Source: Acidobacteriota bacterium (GTDB taxonomy: Bacteria > Acidobacteriota > UBA6911 > JACQSX01). From it: DNA of 24,893 bases. Of the stretch, positions 9,142 to 17,668 are shown in pieces. The position numbers and the translations under genes are program-made. The stretch covers positions 1 to 24,893 of the forward strand of contig DASXQR010000202.1 in NCBI GenBank assembly GCA_036507075.1. The letters are read 5' to 3'. The notes below the pieces were generated by a model. The model had not been told where the DNA came from. It saw only the letters and a list, made by a program, of their open reading frames with translations, and did no database searches. Each line of letters begins with the position of its first letter. Position 1 is the first letter of the stretch.

Positions 9142-9564
9142 TCAGGAAGCGAGTTGATACGCCCGTTTGAACCAGGAAAGCGTCTTTTGATTCAGGTCTT
9201 CCGGCTCCGCGACGTGAAAGGTGTATACAAAGCGTCCGGGAATGGGCCGGGTTACCTTCAGAATAATCGAATCCGTGATATTACGGTCGCCCATCAGTTC
9301 GACAAGCAGGTGCCGCTTTCTGGGCTTGATGGTGCAAAAGGGGCTGGCGTGCTGCAGGTGAATGCCGTCCTTTGCGGGATTCACGCTCACGGGACCGAAT
9401 CTTTCAATCTGAGTTACAAGATTGCGGAACAACTTTCGCACCTGCGGCTGGCTATCCTGAAAGTGAGTATCCAGGGGTAGAGTTTCACATGCATGTATCT
9501 GTCCCACGCGGGAAAACGAGCGCGAACATTGAGGACATTGCCAAACAGTTCCCGTGTCAGTCAT
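9142..9564 (-). CDS. Small DUF5655-like protein with an N-terminal CxxC...HxC zinc-ribbon-like motif
   Basis: WQCPQCSRSFSRVGQIHAC at the N-terminus and DLNQKTLSWFKRAY at the C-terminus. SD-like AAGGAAAG precedes ATG 9564. Family assignment is from recognition only. Confidence 0.65.
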   Translation of the reverse strand: MTDTGTVWQCPQCSRSFSRVGQIHACETLPLDTHFQDSQPQVRKLFRNLVTQIERFGPVSVNPAKDGIHLQHASPFCTIKPRKRHLLVELMGDRNITDSIILKVTRPIPGRFVYTFHVAEPEDLNQKTLSWFKRAYQLAS

Positions 9565-9615
9565 CGGTTTTCTTTCCTTCCCTTGAAGAATAACCAATCT
9601 GATGCGGGAACCGCA

Positions 9616-9624
9616 AATATAACA
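9616..9624 (-). promoter_or_regulatory. Possible extended -10 promoter for the DUF5655-like gene
   Basis: Minus strand TGtTATATT about 50 nt upstream of ATG 9564. No convincing -35. Confidence 0.3.
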
Positions 9625-9638
9625 TTGGCCTAAAAGCT

Positions 9639-9797
9639 TGAACCGCGAAGAACGCCAAGAACGCTAAGCTCATTATTGGGCCGAACAATCGGCTGACTGC
9701 AAGGAATTTATGGTTCTGAAGAAGTGTCAGGTGCGAGGTGCATTAACATCTTAACTGCCAGACTGAAAGAAAAATTCTTGGCGTTGCCGGCGGTTCA
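9639..9797. repeat. Fold-back element F: AACGCCAAG-type 9-mer arms around a ~105-nt spacer
   Basis: TGAACCGCGAAGAACGCCAAGAACGCTAAG (9639-9668) pairs with TTCTTGGCGTTGCCGGCGGTTCA (9775-9797), 19/23 complementary. Confidence 0.8.
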
Positions 9798-9833
9798 GTT
9801 TTTTCTCACGGGCTGAGGATGACCGAGACTGGC

Positions 9834-10550
9834 TCAGTCGGTGGTGGGCCGGTTGGTGAAAAGGATGTTGCCTGATGCGTCCACCATTCGATAGACGCGT
9901 TGTGTGGGGACCTGCTGCTGGATCGGTTGAACGGCTGCGGGAGCGCCGGGATTGCGGTAATTGTCTCCGTAGCGCGTCGTGATTCGTTTCACGTACGAAG
10001 TTGTTTCCCGGTAATTGGGGATGGCTCCCAGACGTTTCACAACATTTTCACCGGCGTTATAAGCGCCAAGCGTCAGTTTCAAATCGTTGTTGAACAGGTC
10101 CAGCAGGAAGCGCAGATACTTTACGCCGCCTTCGACATTTTGCTCGGGATCAAAAATGTCCCGTACGCCGAATCTCTTTGCGGTGCTGGGGATAAGCTGC
10201 ATCAGTCCGATTGCGCCCTTGTTTGATACCGCGATCGGATTGTAACCGGACTCGGTCGCCATTACGGCCCGAACCAGATCCGGATCGACCCCGTGAATAC
10301 CGGCGTGCTTGGAAATGAAACCGTCATAGGGCGTCGCGCCGCCGGCAGGCTTTGCACCGGGCATCGGGGGGGGATCAATAACCGCTACCGGAATTCCATC
10401 TATATCAGTGTGCTTTTGAGTGACCGTAAAGTAAATCAGCACGCCGGTCTCGTCCAGATACGAGTGAACCGACCTGGCGGGCACAGACTGGGTGGCGGCC
10501 AGCAGTACTATAAGGAGCAGAAGTCCTTTAACTGCAAAATTTACTCTCAT
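9834..10550 (-). CDS. Secreted SLT-domain lytic transglycosylase
   Basis: SLT motifs VMATESGYNP (catalytic E), GAIGLMQLIP and AYNAGE. A signal peptide starts at ATG 10550 (MRVNFAVKGLLLLIVLLAA). The ORF extends upstream to 10637. Confidence 0.9.
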   Translation of the reverse strand: MRVNFAVKGLLLLIVLLAATQSVPARSVHSYLDETGVLIYFTVTQKHTDIDGIPVAVIDPPPMPGAKPAGGATPYDGFISKHAGIHGVDPDLVRAVMATESGYNPIAVSNKGAIGLMQLIPSTAKRFGVRDIFDPEQNVEGGVKYLRFLLDLFNNDLKLTLGAYNAGENVVKRLGAIPNYRETTSYVKRITTRYGDNYRNPGAPAAVQPIQQQVPTQRVYRMVDASGNILFTNRPTTD

Positions 10551-10649
10551 TAAGCTGTAATTCCTGAAAAACATCGGCCAAGGATAGCCGATGAACGCTG
10601 TCGAGGATTTAAAACCCTCTAAACATCGATGCGGCAATGGTAGAAAAGT

Positions 10650-13289
10650 TTAACCGGAAATGGCGGTGTTCTCAATCACTTTTAGGCTTTCCTGCAGCGC
10701 CCTGCCTATCTGATCGGGCGATTTGCCCCCTGCCTCGGCCATTTCTGGTCGGCCGCCTCCACCCCCGCCGACAATGGGAGCGATCTTCTTGATCAGGGTA
10801 TTGGCGCTGAACCGATCCACCAGGTTGGGCGTAACTGCAACTAAAAGCGAGACTTTGCCTTTATTATGGCTTCCCAAAACGATAATCCCGCTGCCCAGTT
10901 TGGCTCTCAACTGCTCGGCAATGGTGCGCAATTGGCTGCCTTCCAGGTCTTGGAACTCCTTGGTGATGACCCGGATGCCCTGGATTTCCTGTGCCTGTCC
11001 CACCAGGCTTCCGGTATCCGATGTGGCCAGCTTGATTTTGAGCTGCTCGATCTGCTTCTGGCTCTCTTTTAACGCCTGCGCCAACCTTTCTGCGCTTGGA
11101 ATCAGATCTTTGCGGCCGGTTCTGAAGGTTTCTGAAACCGTGTCGAGCGTTTCCTCGGTTTCCAGAAAACGATCGAACGCGCGCTCGCCGGTCACAGCCT
11201 CGATCCGCCTTATGCCCGCGGCGATTCCGCTTTCGCCGGTGATTTTGAATAATGCAATTTCGCCCGTGTGGTGAACATGGGTTCCTCCGCAGAGTTCCTT
11301 GCTGAAGTCGCCCACTGAAACGACCCGCACGCGCTGCGTGTACTTTTCACCAAAGAGTGCCATGGCGCCTGTCTTGAGAGCTTCCTCCAGATCCATTTCA
11401 GTCTTTGTCACTTCGATGTCGGCTCGGATTTTCTCATTGACCAGACGCTCGATTTCCCGCAACTCCGATCTGGTCACCGGGGCAAAATGGGTGAAATCAA
11501 ACCGCAGACGGTCCGGAGCTACCAGCGAGCCTGCCTGTTTGATGTGAGGTCCGAGCACTTCACGCAGAGCCGCATGCAGCAGGTGCGTCGCCGTGTGGCT
11601 GAGCGCCGTCGATTGTCGCAGCCGCTCCGCCACGCTGCTGGTGACGGCTTCGCCGACGCTCACGCCACCAATGTCAACGCGCACCTTGTGCAGGATCAGT
11701 CCCGAGACCGGCTTTGAAACGTCGGTCACTGACAGCCGCGCTTGCTCGGTTTCAATCACTCCCTGATCGCCGACCTGGCCGCCTGCTTCCGCATAAAACG
11801 GGGTGCGGTCAAGCAGCAACTCGGCGGTGTCGCCCTTTTGCAGTGCATTCACCTGTTCGTCATTCTTGAGAATGGCCAGAACCTTCCCGTCAACGCGGCG
11901 CAGCGATTCGTATCCCGTGAACTGGCTCTTATGTTGCCTGGCCAGCGTCTGGTAGATTGGCTTCACCTGCTTTTCGGCGCCCTTCCAGCTTTGCCGCGCT
12001 TTTTCGCGCTGCCGTTCCAGATCTTCATGGAATTCCTGCTCCCGGATCGACAGCCCGCGCTCACCCAGCACTTCGCGGGCGAGATCCAAAGGAAATCCAT
12101 ACGTGTCGTAAAGCTTAAAGATTTCGTGCCCATCCACTTCTCCGGAGCCGGACTTCCGGGCCCGGGAAGCGAGCTCTTCGAGCAGTTTCAAACCGTAATT
12201 CAGCGTGGTCGAAAACTTTTCTTCTTCGCTTCGCACTACGCGCGCGATGTATTCACGCGATTCACCCAGCTCGGGATAAACCTGCTTCATTTCAGTGGCC
12301 ACGAAAGCGCAGATTTCATACAAAAACGGCTCATTCCTTCCAAGCTGTTTGCCGAATCGGATGGCGCGGCGCATAATTTTTCGAAGCACATATCCGCGCC
12401 CCTCATTTCCCGGAAGAATACCGTCGCCGATAAGAAAGGTGGAAGCACGGCTATGATCTGCCAGAATGCGCAGGGCTGTGTCGACCCGTTCGCTTTCCCC
12501 CGGCTCGCTGGAGGTAAGGCGGGCGGCTTCCCGCATAATGGGTTGAAAGAGATCACTGTCGTAGTTGCTCCGTTTGCCCTGAAGAACACAGGCGAGCCGT
12601 TCCAGCCCCGCGCCCGTGTCGATGGATGGCTTCGGCAGGGGAGTGATTGCCCCTGAAAGATCGCGATTGAACTGCATGAATACCAGGTTCCAGATTTCCA
12701 CGAACCGGCCGCATTCACACGGGAACTCGCACGCGTGCCCCACGGGGCTGCTGCCAAAATCGTAGTGCAGCTCCGAGCATGGTCCGCAAGGACCGGTATC
12801 ACCCATCGCCCAGAAATTGTCTGCCTCACCCAATCGGAAGATGCGCGACTGCGGAACGCCCACCTTCGCGTTCCAGATTTCAAACGCAGCATCGTCGTCT
12901 TCAAAGACCGTGACGATCAGATTCTCGGGAGCGATGGAATAGACTTTTGTCAGAAGCTCCCAGGCGAAAGGGATCGCTGACTCTTTGAAATAATCACCGA
13001 AGGAGAAATTTCCCAGCATCTCAAAGAAAGTGTGGTGGCGCGACGTTCGTCCGACCTGCTCCAGGTCATTATGCTTGCCGCTGACCCGCATGCACTTCTG
13101 ACAAGTGGTGGCGCGGAGATAGTCACGATGCTCAATTCCGAGAAACACATCCTTGAACTGGTTCATTCCCGCGTTGGTAAAAAGCAATGTGGGATCGTTT
13201 TCCGGAACAAGTGAGCTGCTCTTCACAATCCGGTGATTGCGAGCCTCAAAGAATTTCAAAAACTGGCTGCGAATTTCGTTGCCTGTCAT
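10650..13289 (-). CDS. alaS: Alanyl-tRNA synthetase
   Basis: Motifs DPTLLFTNAGMNQFK, HHTFFEMLGNFSFGDYFK, EIWNLVFMQ, HTATHLLH, ELCGGTHV and GGGGGGRP. Start at ATG 13289 (MTGNEIR); the longer ORF start at 13367 lies inside a repeat hairpin. Confidence 0.98.
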   Translation of the reverse strand: MTGNEIRSQFLKFFEARNHRIVKSSSLVPENDPTLLFTNAGMNQFKDVFLGIEHRDYLRATTCQKCMRVSGKHNDLEQVGRTSRHHTFFEMLGNFSFGDYFKESAIPFAWELLTKVYSIAPENLIVTVFEDDDAAFEIWNAKVGVPQSRIFRLGEADNFWAMGDTGPCGPCSELHYDFGSSPVGHACEFPCECGRFVEIWNLVFMQFNRDLSGAITPLPKPSIDTGAGLERLACVLQGKRSNYDSDLFQPIMREAARLTSSEPGESERVDTALRILADHSRASTFLIGDGILPGNEGRGYVLRKIMRRAIRFGKQLGRNEPFLYEICAFVATEMKQVYPELGESREYIARVVRSEEEKFSTTLNYGLKLLEELASRARKSGSGEVDGHEIFKLYDTYGFPLDLAREVLGERGLSIREQEFHEDLERQREKARQSWKGAEKQVKPIYQTLARQHKSQFTGYESLRRVDGKVLAILKNDEQVNALQKGDTAELLLDRTPFYAEAGGQVGDQGVIETEQARLSVTDVSKPVSGLILHKVRVDIGGVSVGEAVTSSVAERLRQSTALSHTATHLLHAALREVLGPHIKQAGSLVAPDRLRFDFTHFAPVTRSELREIERLVNEKIRADIEVTKTEMDLEEALKTGAMALFGEKYTQRVRVVSVGDFSKELCGGTHVHHTGEIALFKITGESGIAAGIRRIEAVTGERAFDRFLETEETLDTVSETFRTGRKDLIPSAERLAQALKESQKQIEQLKIKLATSDTGSLVGQAQEIQGIRVITKEFQDLEGSQLRTIAEQLRAKLGSGIIVLGSHNKGKVSLLVAVTPNLVDRFSANTLIKKIAPIVGGGGGGRPEMAEAGGKSPDQIGRALQESLKVIENTAISG

Positions 13290-13310
13290 AAATTGATTCA
13301 AATCCAGCTT

Positions 13311-13367
13311 TTGGTGCCCTGGTGCCTTGGTGGTTGAAAGTGAACCACCAAGACACCAGGGCACCAA
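13311..13367. repeat. Hairpin G: 25-bp inverted repeat of TTGGTGCC-type 8-mers with a 7-nt loop
   Basis: TTGGTGCCCTGGTGCCTTGGTGGTT-gaaagtg-AACCACCAAGACACCAGGGCACCAA, 24/25 complementary. Confidence 0.93.
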
Positions 13368-13402
13368 GCTAGACTTCCGCCTTGGTGTGAGCTTCTAAAG
13401 AT

Positions 13403-13471
13403 TCCCGCTCTCGCACCCTCCCACTCTCCCACTCCCACTCTCCCACTCTCCCACTCTCCCACTCTCCGCTC
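13403..13471. repeat. Unpaired TCCCACTC octamer array
   Basis: About nine units, five of them perfect TCCCACTC, just downstream of the recX stop. No inverted partner is visible. Confidence 0.9.
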
Positions 13472-13483
13472 ACTTCCCTGTGA

Positions 13484-13984
13484 CTACTTTTTTAACCTTC
13501 TGAAATAGACCTCCAGCCGTCTTCTCACCTCAGAAGGTCGGTGTCCCAGCCGAACTCCGTATCGGTAGACACGCTGAAGGTCGCCCAGGCTGGCGGGTTC
13601 TCCGCGACGATGAACATAATGCCGGACTGCTTTGTCGAGCGCCTCACTCTCATCCGGTATTTCGGACAGAATGGAATCCGTTATCTTAGCATCAATACCG
13701 AAATGCCTTAAATCCCGGCGGATCCTGGCGTTTCCGAAAAGACGATCACACCGCGAACCCCAGGCAAGGTTGCCGGCAAAACGCGAGTCGTTAATGAGTC
13801 CTGAAGCTTCCAGTGATTTGAGAACAGACTGAATCGTCCGCGCTGCGTCTCCTTCAGTAAAGCGGTGCCTGCGCTGCTCAATCTTCTCCTGAAGTTTCTT
13901 CTTTAACTGCAGGCGGCTGTAATCGCGGCGCGCGAGCAGCTTGAGAGCGAGGCTTCGAATACTTCTCGCCAGCGAATCATTCAA
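13484..13984 (-). CDS. recX: Regulatory protein RecX
   Basis: Motifs ALKLLARRDYSRLQLKKKL, GLINDSRFA and GNARIRRDLRHFGI, in the usual position upstream of alaS. TTG start at 13984 overlaps the pilT stop (TTGAATGA on minus). Confidence 0.85.
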   Translation of the reverse strand: MNDSLARSIRSLALKLLARRDYSRLQLKKKLQEKIEQRRHRFTEGDAARTIQSVLKSLEASGLINDSRFAGNLAWGSRCDRLFGNARIRRDLRHFGIDAKITDSILSEIPDESEALDKAVRHYVHRRGEPASLGDLQRVYRYGVRLGHRPSEVRRRLEVYFRRLKK

Positions 13985-15068
13985 GAGCTTCCGCCGATGA
14001 CACAATGCCGCGGATGCGCAGCTTGAACTCCTCCGGATTGCTGGCAAAGGCCAGCGCTTCTTCCAGCGTGACTCGGCCCTGGTTATAGAAATTCAGGATG
14101 GACTGGTCGAATGTCTGCATTCCGTATTGAGTCAAACCGGCCGCCAGAGCGTTGCGAATATCTTTTGTCCGCTCCGGTTCAACTATGCAGTTCTTGATGA
14201 ATTCGGTATTGAGGAGAACCTCTGCGGCCGGAAGACGGCCGCCCGCCACCGAGCGGATCAGACGCAGCGAGATGATGGCCCTTAGGATGGCGGCAAGCTG
14301 GATCCGAATCTGGCTGTGCTGGTGCGGCGGAAAAAGGCCGATAATACGGTTTATCGTTTCCGTGGCGTCTGTGGTGTGCAGCGTGCTGAGCACCAGATGG
14401 CCCGTCTCGGCTGCGTGCATGGCGGTTTCCACGCTTTCCACATCCCGCATTTCACCCACCAGAATGACGTCCGGATCCTCGCGCAGGGCCGACCGGATTG
14501 AAGTGACATAACTTTCAGCGTCCTTGCCGATTTCTCTCTGGCTGATAAAGCTTCTCTTGTCCGCGTGAAAGAATTCGATTGGATCTTCGATAGTGAGCAC
14601 GTGCAGCACTCTCGACTCGTTCATGCGGTTGATCATCGCGGCCAGTGCCGTCGATTTCCCGCTCCCGGTGGTTCCAGTCACCAGGATCAAACCGCGGTTC
14701 TCTTCGCACAGGGTCTCCACCACAGGGGGCAGGTTCAGATCGGCTATCGAATGGATCACCGGAGGGATGAGCCGGAACACCAGCGACATCGCGCCGCGCT
14801 GCTGGAAGATATTGACTCGAAAGCGTCCCAGATCCTGGACCTGGTAGCTGACGTCGATTTCCGTGTGATCCCTGAGCCGTTTTTTCTGAATGTTATTGAG
14901 GATTTCGTTTGCGATGCGGTGCGTATCGATATGGGTCAGCTTGGGTACGCCCGCAAGTGGAGACAGTTCGCCGTCGATGCGAATGAAAGGGGGCGCCAGT
15001 GCCTTCAAATGCAGATCTGAGGCTCCGCGCTGCTTGGCGGCACGCAGCATTTCGTGAAGTTCCACCAT
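13977..15068 (-). CDS. pilT: PilT/PilU-family type IV pilus retraction ATPase
   Basis: ASDLHL, Walker A GTTGSGKS, Asp box TIEDPIE, Walker B LREDPDVILVGEMRD, His box GHLVLSTLHT and GMQTFDQ. The canonical AIRNLIRE motif is replaced by FIKNCIVE, so the paralog class is uncertain. Confidence 0.88.
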   Translation of the reverse strand: MVELHEMLRAAKQRGASDLHLKALAPPFIRIDGELSPLAGVPKLTHIDTHRIANEILNNIQKKRLRDHTEIDVSYQVQDLGRFRVNIFQQRGAMSLVFRLIPPVIHSIADLNLPPVVETLCEENRGLILVTGTTGSGKSTALAAMINRMNESRVLHVLTIEDPIEFFHADKRSFISQREIGKDAESYVTSIRSALREDPDVILVGEMRDVESVETAMHAAETGHLVLSTLHTTDATETINRIIGLFPPHQHSQIRIQLAAILRAIISLRLIRSVAGGRLPAAEVLLNTEFIKNCIVEPERTKDIRNALAAGLTQYGMQTFDQSILNFYNQGRVTLEEALAFASNPEEFKLRIRGIVSSAEALE

Positions 15069-15083
15069 TGTGGTTGCCTCTTG

Positions 15084-16064
15084 TCAGCTTTGTAATGCCG
15101 ACTTGCGCGAATCCGAATACACAGGCGTAAGCCACCCGTGCCGATCGGCCTTTCTGCCTTCGATGTAGTCGAAAAACTCCTTTTGCACCTTTTCGGTGAT
15201 CGGCCCGCGCTTTCCGGGCCCCACCGGAATGTGATCGACCGTCCGGATGGGAGTGATTTCCGCCGCCGTTCCGGTAAAGAAAAGTTCGTCGGCGATATAC
15301 AGGATTTCGCGAGGCAGCGGGCGTTCCACCACGGGAATGTTCAAGTCGCGTGCAATGGATAAAACCGAATCCCTGGTAATGCCCGCAAGAACAGACGCGG
15401 TCAGCGGAGGAGTATGCAATGTCCCGTTTAGAATCACAAACAGGTTCTCTCCGCTTCCTTCACTGATGTATCCATGGGAATCGAGCGCGATTCCTTCCTG
15501 ATAGCCGTCCAGAACCGCCTCCATTTTCACCAACTGCGAATTCAAGTAATTGCCGCCTGCCTTGGAAAGCGCGGGCATGGTGTTGGGCGCAAATCTGTTC
15601 CACGACGAGACGCACACGTCCACGCCTTTCTCCAGAGCTTCCGCTCCCAGATATTTCCCCCATTCCCACACCACAACATAAGCTTCCAGCGGAGTCCCGA
15701 TCGGATTGACGCCAAACTGACCGTAACCTCGGAAAATGATAGGGCGGATATAGCAGCTCCTCAGGCTGTTGCCTCGGATGGTATCCAGGATCGCATCCTG
15801 GAGTTGCTCCTCGGAATATTCAATCTCCATCCGGTATATCTTGCCTGAATTTATCAGCCGGCGTATGTGATCCTGCAGTCGAAAAACAACCGATTCTTCG
15901 CCACATTGGTAACAGCGAATCCCTTCAAAAACCGAAGAGCCATAGTGCACGACATGGGACATGACGTGCAGCGTGGCGTCCTTCCAATCGATCAGTTTAC
16001 CGTTGTGCCAGATCTTGTTCCTGGTGGGATCCGGCGTCGATTGCTCTTTTTTAGCGAAGTGCAT
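15084..16064 (-). CDS. ilvE: Branched-chain amino acid aminotransferase
   Basis: Motifs [18 protein letters not shown] lysine in [24 protein letters not shown] and [14 protein letters not shown]. Confidence 0.96.
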   Translation of the reverse strand: MHFAKKEQSTPDPTRNKIWHNGKLIDWKDATLHVMSHVVHYGSSVFEGIRCYQCGEESVVFRLQDHIRRLINSGKIYRMEIEYSEEQLQDAILDTIRGNSLRSCYIRPIIFRGYGQFGVNPIGTPLEAYVVVWEWGKYLGAEALEKGVDVCVSSWNRFAPNTMPALSKAGGNYLNSQLVKMEAVLDGYQEGIALDSHGYISEGSGENLFVILNGTLHTPPLTASVLAGITRDSVLSIARDLNIPVVERPLPREILYIADELFFTGTAAEITPIRTVDHIPVGPGKRGPITEKVQKEFFDYIEGRKADRHGWLTPVYSDSRKSALQS

Positions 16065-16112
16065 AGTGTCGAAACGATACTACAGAAGGCGCTTGCGGGG
16101 CTAGTGGTGACC

Positions 16113-16213
16113 GAATGTGGACTGCGGAATGCGGAATATATCCAAACTAGATTTTCGTATATGAGACCAAATCGTTCTTCCTATTCCGTATTCCGCATTC
16201 CGAAATCCGCATT
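16113..16213. repeat. Fold-back element H: second copy of the AATGCGG/ATTCCGC element
   Basis: Aligned ungapped to 7653-7753, the first 33 nt match 32/33 and the last 31 nt match 30/31. Confidence 0.93.
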
Positions 16214-16255
16214 TTGATGAAATGGCTGCAGCTGACCCGGGCGCAGTAGTGTCAC

Positions 16256-17374
16256 CTATTTCGCGTAATAGCCTCTTTTGGTGCGGATCCGGTATTGCTG
16301 GTTGGGTTGGAGATTTGACAGTTGCACGCGGATTTCCCTCCACTTGCCGTCGCGCACCAGATTGGCCGAGACGTAGGCAATTCGATACTGGTTGCGCAGC
16401 TCATTGGCGATGCTGGTGAAGACGCCGGCAAGGTCTTCCAGACGATTCGGGTAATAAACTTTCCCTCCGGTTGCTTCGGCTATTTCAGACATTTTCTTCT
16501 CGAGTTTTTCCTTCTCCGATTTCTTGATCCCGAAGAATCCGCCTTCGCGCCCGATGTCCTCGTCTATGAAAACGATCATGTAAACCTGCACGTCGCTGTC
16601 ACGGATCTTTGCCAGCAGCTCGTCAAGTTTGTAATAGCTGTCCTGATCTTCGCCGTCGGTAAATACGAGCACGACTTTCTTCGGTTCGGAGCCCTCACTC
16701 GCTTTTTCGACTCCCAGGTAAATCGCGTCATAGAGAGAAGTTCCGCCAGACACGATCATGTTGTCCAGGGCGTCCCGGATGTCGTCAAAATCCCGGGTCA
16801 GGTCTTCGACCAACTCCACATCCTGGGAGAATTCGATCAGAAAGAACTCATTTTCCGGGTTGGCCTTGTCCACGAATTGCTTGGCCGCCCGTGTCACCAG
16901 TTCCGCCTTTCGCTTCATGCTGCCGCTCTTGTCTATAACCAGGCCGAGTGTGGCCGGGAGATCGACCTGACCGAAATTGGTGATCGTCTGCAGAACCTTG
17001 TCTTCGTACACCTGAAAGTTTTCCTTCTGCAGGCCCGGAACCAGGCTCCCATTTTTGTCATGAGCCGTCACATGAATGACAACCTGGTTGACATCGACGC
17101 CGATGCGAAATCCGCCTTTCTTCTTATCATCCTGGCTCTTTTCGCTCGCCTGTGCCGACTCTGATTTTTCCAGTTGAGGCTTATCCTGCTTCTTTCGATT
17201 CTCCTTCTCCTGCGGCGTGGCATAAGCAAGGGGGGAGCAGAGCGTCAGCAGCAGCGCCGAAACCAGCGCGAGTCTGCGGTCGAAAATCCCCGAAATCGGG
17301 AAAGCGCGAAGGTGCGCCGGCATGCGCAGCGCGTCGTTTGCGGACTCGGAACCTTTGGATCGGAATTTCTTCAT
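16256..17374 (-). CDS. Secreted VWA-domain protein (acidobacterial VWFA type)
   Basis: MIDAS residues DKSGSM...GTSLYDA...TDGED, plus DVNQVVIHVTA, ELRNQYRIAY and DGKWREIRV. N-terminal hydrophobic stretch. Start uncertain. Confidence 0.88.
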   Translation of the reverse strand: MKKFRSKGSESANDALRMPAHLRAFPISGIFDRRLALVSALLLTLCSPLAYATPQEKENRKKQDKPQLEKSESAQASEKSQDDKKKGGFRIGVDVNQVVIHVTAHDKNGSLVPGLQKENFQVYEDKVLQTITNFGQVDLPATLGLVIDKSGSMKRKAELVTRAAKQFVDKANPENEFFLIEFSQDVELVEDLTRDFDDIRDALDNMIVSGGTSLYDAIYLGVEKASEGSEPKKVVLVFTDGEDQDSYYKLDELLAKIRDSDVQVYMIVFIDEDIGREGGFFGIKKSEKEKLEKKMSEIAEATGGKVYYPNRLEDLAGVFTSIANELRNQYRIAYVSANLVRDGKWREIRVQLSNLQPNQQYRIRTKRGYYAK

Positions 17375-17445
17375 TTCAAAAACTCAATTTCCAGCCCGTT
17401 AACGTATCTACTTTACCACCGGGACGTGAAAGAGTGGAAACCTGG

Positions 17446-17605
17446 CATTAGTCATTGGTCATCGTTGGTCATTAGTCATCAGTCATTGGTCATGCAGTAA
17501 TGAAGTTCAGGAGCTTGGTGCCTCGGTGGTAAAGAAATTGGAACCGCCAAGACACCAAGCCAATGATTATGATTAATGACCAATGACGAATGACCAATGA
17601 CTAAT
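17446..17605. repeat. Fold-back element I: CATTGGT/AATGACC heptamer arms enclosing a G-type hairpin
   Basis: Outer arms 17446-17493 and 17562-17605. Inner GCTTGGTGCCTCGGTGGT (17513-17530) pairs with ACCGCCAAGACACCAAGC (17543-17560), 15/18. Confidence 0.9.
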
Positions 17606-17668
17606 CACGCTGGAGTGTCCGCTTGCTTACGTGCGCGGTTCGGTGCCTGGTGGATATTGGGAAGACGG

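Noticed and set aside
11742..12656. Long antisense or alternate-frame ORFs (e.g. 635..1378, 4522..5337, 5890..6912, 11742..12656, 16322..17164)
   Set aside because: They shadow well-supported genes in GC-rich DNA and have no recognisable motifs.
13290..13367. N-terminal extensions given by the ORF track for alaS (also nadC, recX, the lytic transglycosylase and the VWA gene at 18703)
   Set aside because: The extensions run through repeat hairpins, promoters, intergenic DNA or the neighbouring gene. Downstream starts fit family N-termini or an SD better.
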